This document shows positions 56,646 through 64,000 of a DNA stretch of 64,000 nt, one piece after another (the stretch's first letter is position 1; each line of letters begins with the position of its first letter). The notes under the pieces are model-generated. The model worked only from the letters and a program-made list of their open reading frames with translations. It was not told the origin of the DNA and did not search any database. The DNA comes from Eledone cirrhosa (lineage: Eukaryota): positions 52,576,001-52,640,000 of the forward strand of contig OZ024741.1 of the NCBI GenBank assembly GCA_964016885.1. The letters run 5' to 3'. A program made the translations under genes and the position numbers.

Positions 56646-57183
56646 TACAAATTTTACTCGAATTTATAAGTTCCATTGATAACCAGTAGTTCGTTCGCTC
56701 GATTATATGCGGGTGGACAAGGCAAGGTGTGGCAGGATTTTTGGTGAATGTGAGACTGTGTACCGGCAGGGAATTCAGACACTGGATTGTTTCTCCTCCC
56801 ATGTCAACAAGTAAGATAGTCAACGGCAGAAAGCTGTAAGCAAGGGTGTTAAAACCAGGTGGAAATACAAATACGTCTAGAAAATCAAACGCATACTAAT
56901 GCTAGAGAAACCACATCACCCTATAATTCCTTCAAAATTACACCCTACTTATAAAAAAGAAACATTGGGTGAAGTACTCACGAGGATGCTATATCCGAAG
57001 GAAATGAAATGGTCATGGTGAGATCGTCTTCGATCATAGGGCTGCTCAATCATAAGCAACATGGAGCCGAATTAAATCAACAACGTTTTGTTTTGTTTCC
57101 GTTCATTGTTTTGTCCTCTCTTTGTTAATTTTCTTAAGTTTATACATACATACATACATACATACATACATACATACATACAT

Positions 57184-57791
57184 GGTGGCTGCCAACTCGT
57201 TTTCGAGTACGGCCACTACTTCATATCCATGTAGGAGAACCCCTACCGATGCCCTGAACAAGTGTGACTTTTTAGTCCAGCCAGCGACTTGAAAACTCTG
57301 GTACAAACACTACACCTGTGACAATTATTGACACATAGTGCTGGGCCCATGGTACCATGTGACGACAAGTGCAGAGAGATCTCCAGATATAAAGCAATGC
57401 CTGTGCCGTGAAGCTTTTATAGTGAGCAAAGGCACTGCACAAAGCCAGTCCCACTCTCTTAACCAAGATGATATTTACCAAAAAGAAGAACAAGTCAACA
57501 TCATTGGATACCATCAGGGTTGCAGGTGTTATATCAGAGTTTTCCTTCTCCTAGAATTCTGCCTTGACAAAGGCTAAGGGGTCATCTCTCCCGGTGATTT
57601 TGGATGGCCATTGACTCTTAAGAGCTCCTTTGCCCTTTGACAGGTTTTGTTTTTAGTCCTGCAGGATGTCCAAAGTCACCCTCCTCACCAAGAAACCTTG
57701 GTGGGGTTGCCAGTTTAGTCGCCAACGACCCGACCATGAGACAGGTTGTACTGGGATACATGTTACCAGTAGCACCAACTGGTGACCTGAC
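57184..57791 (-). mobile_element. 600-bp retroposon, full copy
   Basis: Reverse match to 13675-14277; (CATA)n on both sides. Confidence 0.88.
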
Positions 57792-57809
57792 ACAACATAC
57801 ATACATACA

Positions 57810-57841
<32 letters not shown>

Positions 57842-57845
57842 GAGA

Positions 57846-58125
57846 GAGAGAATTAAAAAGAACAGAAAGATGCAGTAAAAGAGATTTATTCGGTTCTTAC
57901 GTACGTTTCAATAGACATCAATTTGCCTAGATCTCGCTACATCTATAATATTATATATTTAATCTCTGATGATATGGGATCGATTGCGCATTGGATATCG
58001 AATGCTCTAATAAATATATAATATTATAGATGTAGCGAGATCTAGGCAAATTGATGTCTATTGAAACGTACGTAAGAACCGAATAAATCTCTTTTACTGC
58101 ATCTTTCTGTTCTTTTTAATTCTCT
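57846..58125. repeat. Foldback inverted repeat (~114-bp arms, ~50-nt spacer), Penelope-like
   Basis: 57846-57960 mirrors 58012-58125. Confidence 0.92.
57963..58077 (+). ncRNA. Type-I hammerhead with long stem II and short stem I
   Basis: TCT-CTGATGA-TATGGGATCGATT..AATTGATGTCTATT-GAAA-CGTACG-TA-AGA. Confidence 0.65.
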
Positions 58126-58268
58126 ATACACGCCCCGGAATATAGCTAAACTGGAATATACACCTTTTTTCTGCATTTCGTTGAGCACCACTCTGTTGTA
58201 AGCTGACATTCCACTACACGGTACATAACACTGTGTCCTGGAAAACATTAATGCACTCGTGCATAACC

Positions 58269-58326
<58 letters not shown>

Positions 58327-58556
58327 TGGCGTAGCTAGGGTAAACAGCGCCCAGGGCAAGCATGAAAATTGCCCCCCCCCCCTACACACACACATCAAAA
58401 AGTCAAGATCCACAAAGACGGAATTGCAGTAGAATTTATAATAAAAAAACAAAAAACGGTTACAACTTGATTTTTCGGGCTTTTAATGAGGCCCATATAT
58501 ATATATAATATATATATATGTGTGTGTGCGTGTGTGTGTGTGTACATATATATACG

Positions 58557-59308
<752 letters not shown>

Positions 59309-59510
59309 GGGATAACAAATTATCGTTATAGGTAATCCAGTTAGAGGTTGTGAGTACTCTGTATTGTAGATAGTTTTAACGTACGGCGTTGTTTAACTCA
59401 ACAAGAGGTTTCCTTAGTTAGGTGGCGAGTTCACGGGAATTCCTATGCAGGTTAATCTTGGAGTAATAATAGTGAAAGAGTGAAGAATAACATGGTCAAC
59501 AGTACAAAAA

Positions 59511-59705
59511 GAATACAGGATTAGCTGGTCGAAATTATCGGGAGCAAAGGCCTACAGAAATGGAATGTCCCACTGCGGACTTTACAATATGGAGCTGTTC
59601 CATATTTTAAAGTATGATAAAATCCTGCTTAACAGTAAAATAGAACGATCAAGTTTCTGTAGGCACAAAGCAGCTACTAAATTCGCAAATTTCAAACCAA
59701 CATGA
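59511..59705 (+). pseudogene. C-terminus of a Penelope GIY-YIG endonuclease
   Basis: ISWSKLSGAKAYRNGMSHCGLYNMELFHIL..LLNSKIERSSFCRHK fits the W..A..Y..C.LC..E..I..LN..E..CRH tail. Confidence 0.75.
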
Positions 59706-59783
59706 TTCGATCCAACAATCCTATAATTCAAGCTGAACCACCCAGAGTCTATTATAATAACTACATACCAACCACTATTATTA

Positions 59784-59975
59784 AGGGCGGTGGATTGGCA
59801 GTATCGGTAGAGGGTTTGACGCCATGCTTTCCAGCATAGTTACGTCCCTTTACGATCTGAGTTCAAATCCCGCCGAGGTTGACTTTGCCTTTCATCCTTA
59901 CGGGGGCGATAAAATAAAGTACCAGTAATGCACTGGGTAATTGCTGGCCTTGTGCCTAAAGTAGAAACAATTATT
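59784..59975 (+). mobile_element. tRNA-derived SINE, full length, inserted in a Penelope 3' region
   Basis: A-box-like TGGCAGTATCGG, B-box GTTCAAATCC (59861-59870), GCCTTTCATCC..CGATAAAATAAAGTACCAG core, (ATT)n end. Confidence 0.88.
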
Positions 59976-60503
59976 AACTGCCAACAAAACCAACTAATCA
60001 CTAAATCAACATCATAAACCTCCTAACCTTTCTTTCACTTTCTTTCACTCTCTCTCCCTAAAGCTATTTCACCTCTCCCCTTGTATCCTATCCTGTATCT
60101 CTTATCCTCTAACCTAACTTCTAATTTATTAATTTATCTTTTGTAAGTTATTTATCATTATATTCTTTCTTCCTACTCTAACCATCTGTGATTTAACTAA
60201 TACATATGTATATATTTAATATTTATTTTCATACTAATAATATTCCTACCCTCATCACATCTTTATACTTACACACCACTATAACTTTAACCACCACCAC
60301 CACCACTATTTTCAACAATCATATTATGTTGATATATTTTTTCCACGTATATATATATTTTTTTATTTATATATTTTTTATCATCATTCTAACTTCTTTA
60401 TTATTTTTTATTTTTATTTTTCCTTTTCTTTTTCTTTCTTTATTATTGATGTTGTTATTTGAATTCTCCGTAGTATAAATACAAATATCGAGTGTAATTT
60501 TAT

Positions 60504-60616
60504 CAGTTATTCCGATGATTTGATTAGGCATACACTGTGTTTAAAATTGAGTGACACAACTTCGAGTGATTACTAATCTTTAGACATCCTAATCAATGAA
60601 ACAATTGTTAATACTG
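60504..60616 (+). ncRNA. Type-I hammerhead (U4C variant) in a Penelope 3' pLTR
   Basis: CAGTTATT-CCGATGA-TTTGATTAGG..CCTAATCAAT-GAAA-CAATTG-TT-AATACTG. Confidence 0.7.
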
Positions 60617-60663
60617 TAAATAAAACCCCCTTTGTACTGTTGACAATGTTATTCTTCACTCTT

Positions 60664-60812
<149 letters not shown>

Positions 60813-61346
60813 TCGATTTTATATTACAACGCTGTTGAAAGAGACAGTCTTCCTTTATCCTGCAAGCACATTCGGCATTTTTGCAGTTATTTTTTATCTC
60901 ATAGAATAGCCTATCTTCACGGAACGCCGATTTAATATGTTACTGTATCTATCTTGTGGGGAAAATGTTTATCTATTAGATCTCACAACATTTTACCTAC
61001 ATTTATTTGTCTTTACGTTACGGTGTGAGCGAAGTATATTATTTTTCTATTTCTATTTTTATTTTTAGAGTAGTTTTGTTGGAGTTGATCGGGTATGTCT
61101 TTAAGTCGCTATCTACAACTCTAGTCTCTAATATAAGCTGTAGTGGTTCCCAACCTTTTTTGCTCCATGCCCCATCTAAAAAATGTTTAAGTCACCCTTT
61201 GATATAAAAACAAACTGAGTTTTGAAACAGAGTAATTACTGTAATATAAAGTATAAATCTTTTAATTAAGCAAAGCTAAAAATTAGGCAAACAATTTTTT
61301 CTTCCAATTTAAGTTTAACTTATCTCACCGAGCTCAAGATAAAATA

Positions 61347-61528
61347 ATTGTTTCTACTTTTGACATAAGGCCAGCAATTATCCCAGTGTATTACTGGTAC
61401 TTTATTTTATCGACCCCATAAGGATGAAAGGCAAAGTTAACCTCGGCGGGATTTGAACTCAGTCCGTAAAGAGACATAACTGTGCTACAAAGCATAGCGT
61501 CCGGCCCTCTACTGATACTGCCAATCCA
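61347..61528 (-). mobile_element. tRNA-derived SINE
   Basis: Homologous to 59784-59975. Confidence 0.85.
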
Positions 61529-62485
61529 AATAATGCAAGTTATTCATTAAGCTTGATGTATGTTACAAAGTGTTTTTATTCAAAGCACTAATTTAGTCAG
61601 TTATAACCTTAAATCTCCTTTTAAAAAAACAATCGCATAATTTCTAGAATATACAATGTACAAAATCGATATGGAGCAGGTGTTCCGAACTAAAGGTAGG
61701 CAGTCACTTTCATTACTTTATGCCCGTAGTGATACGCTACTTAACATCTTGTAATTTTTATTATTATTGCTACTGCGCCATGGTGCGTATCGCCCTTTCT
61801 ATTTATATAAGTTACCGTCAGCATTTTCAATAGGGTCATTACAATATAGGCAAGAATTTTATAACAGATTACAAGAAAAGTAACTACAGTTTGTAAATGA
61901 TAATACTTTGCATAAGAGAACAAGTTTAACTCAACCTTCTCGCTCGACGAGCGACAACGATCTGTGACATGCAATGCAGCGATGATCAAAATCAACTCCA
62001 AAGTGTAAACAAACTGCTCGTAGGTGCTGTCAGATATACGTTAACATGTGTAGACGAAGTGTAACTGGAAGTTTGGACGTATTATACCACTTTCAAATTG
62101 CCCCTTATTATATTCAAACAGGTAAAAGTGTAAAAGAGTAAACTATTCAAATAAGTCATGCACACTGATAATACACGGAGTCGCACACTTACACTCAGGA
62201 ACAAAATATATACTATTCCAAAACACATACCCTCTTCCCAGAAACTAATATAAAATAAAAGCAACATACACACTCACATATCACACCTCATCCCTACACC
62301 CATAATAGCAACAATGATAGACCCGGACTTTACTATAAACCTTACCCACTCTGATTTCTTTGCCTTCAACCTTCCAACCTCCGTTTCCTCCTCTTTCCCA
62401 ATGAAGAGCTAACGTCCGATATGTTGAGCTATTCGTTTTCCTTTTTACACAAGCGAGCAATATGGAAATACTTTGTATAATTGTT

Positions 62486-62518
<33 letters not shown>

Positions 62519-62580
62519 GCGCGCGCGCACACACACACATATATATATATATACAAACACATACAGATATATATGAAATA

Positions 62581-62973
62581 CAAGACCCGGCAAAAGGCGG
62601 AGGAACTTAGCAGAGTCAACGGCCATCCAAATAGTATTTTTTTTCTTCTTCACCTGGGAGTGAAAGGCCCCCAGTTGTTGTCACAAAACCTTTTCTAGGA
62701 GAAGGAAACCCTGAAAAATAACAAAACAAACCTCCGGTTTCGGAAGAATCCGATGATGTTGACCAGTTCTCCCTTTTGGGTAGTGTTTTCGATGCCCAGG
62801 GAGTGGGATTTGTCGAGTGCAAGGCCTTTCCCCACTTAAAAAAATCTTCAAAGCACAGGCATTGCTTGTTCAGTATATGTTACAGGTTCGTGTGGCTGGC
62901 CGTAGACTAAAGGTGCACCAAACTCTATAATCTGACAAGCGATTGCAATAGTCTTAGCAGAGTTTACAGCCAT
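62581..62973 (+). mobile_element. Diverged relative of the 600-bp retroposon
   Basis: Shares AGAGTCAACGGCCATCCAAA, TTCTAGGAGAAGGAAA, GATGATGTTGAC and GCACAGGCATTGCTT. Confidence 0.7.
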
Positions 62974-63031
62974 AATATACATACATACATATATATATAT
63001 ATATATGTATATGATTCTATGGACATAGTTT

Positions 63032-63114
<83 letters not shown>

Positions 63115-63124
63115 CTATATATAT

Positions 63125-63736
63125 GGTGGCTGCCAACTCGTTTTCGAGTACGGCCACTACTTTATATCCATGTAGGAGAACCCCTACCGATGCGCTGAAC
63201 GAGTGTGACTTTTTAGTCAAGCCAGCGACTTGAAAACTCTGGTACAAACACTACATTTGTGACAATTATTGACACATATTGCTGTGCCCATGGTACCATG
63301 TGATGGCAAGTGCAGAGAGATCTCCAGATATAAAGCAATGCCTGTGCCGTGAAGCTTTTATAGTGAGCAAAGGCACTGCACAAAGCCAGTCCCACTCTCT
63401 TAGCCAAGATGATATTTACCAAAAAGAAGAACAAGTCAACATCATTGGATACCATCAGGGTTGTAGGTGTTATATCAGAGTTTTCCTTCTCCTAGAATTC
63501 TGCCTTGACAAAGGCTAAGGGGTCATCTCTCCCGGTGATTTTGGATGGCCATTGACTCTTAAGAGCTCCTTTGCCCTTTGACATGTTTTGTTTTTAGTCC
63601 TGCAGGATGTCCAAAGTCACCCTCCTCACCAAGAAACCTTGGTGGGGTTGCCAGTTTAGTCGCCCACGACCCGACCATGGGACAGGTTGTACTGTACTGG
63701 GATACATGTTACCAGTAGCACCAACTGGTGACCTGG
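63125..63736 (-). mobile_element. 600-bp retroposon, full copy
   Basis: Reverse match to 13675-14277; (TA)n/(TACA)n flanks. Confidence 0.88.
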
Positions 63737-64000
63737 CATATATATATACATATATACATACATATATATTTATATATATACGTATAATGTAGGTTATTCA
63801 ACAATGAAAGATGAAAATTCTTTTATTTTAGTCCATTCGTTTGATCGATACCGGGGTGAGCTCTATAATATCGATAAAGACGTCGAGCCAATCGTCTGTG
63901 AAACTTCATTATCGTATACAGTATCCATCATATACATCCCTCTCTCTCTCTGTCTCAATATATATATATATATATATACGATATTAAACAAATGGAAACT

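Noticed and set aside
57338-57577. Recurring 79-80 aa ORFs (MLGPWYH.., MVSNDVD..) in the 600-bp element
   Set aside because: They recur only because the copies are near-identical, and are not preserved in the diverged relative at 62581.

Overview
AT-rich, microsatellite-saturated eukaryotic DNA. The repeat content suggests an octopus-like cephalopod (inference). No host gene is confidently recognisable, and almost all long ORFs in the track are translations of simple repeats. Real content: (1) Tx1-clade L1-like retrotransposons that abut (ATCT)n, including a head-to-tail array of three different copies (37.6-49.9 kb) and a minus-strand copy with an open RT (0.6-3.85 kb). (2) Many Penelope-like pseudo-LTR fragments, often as foldbacks, carrying about a dozen type-I hammerhead ribozyme folds read by eye; four unrelated families have U-U instead of the usual closing pair at the base of stem II. 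(3) A young ~600-bp non-coding retroposon (4 close copies, 2 diverged relatives) sitting in (TATG)n/(TA)n, with a structured 5' leader. (4) An R4/Dong-type endonuclease fragment in (CATA)n. (5) Helitron remnants, tRNA-derived SINEs, LINE fragments and large simple satellites. All structure and homology calls were made by eye and need computational confirmation.
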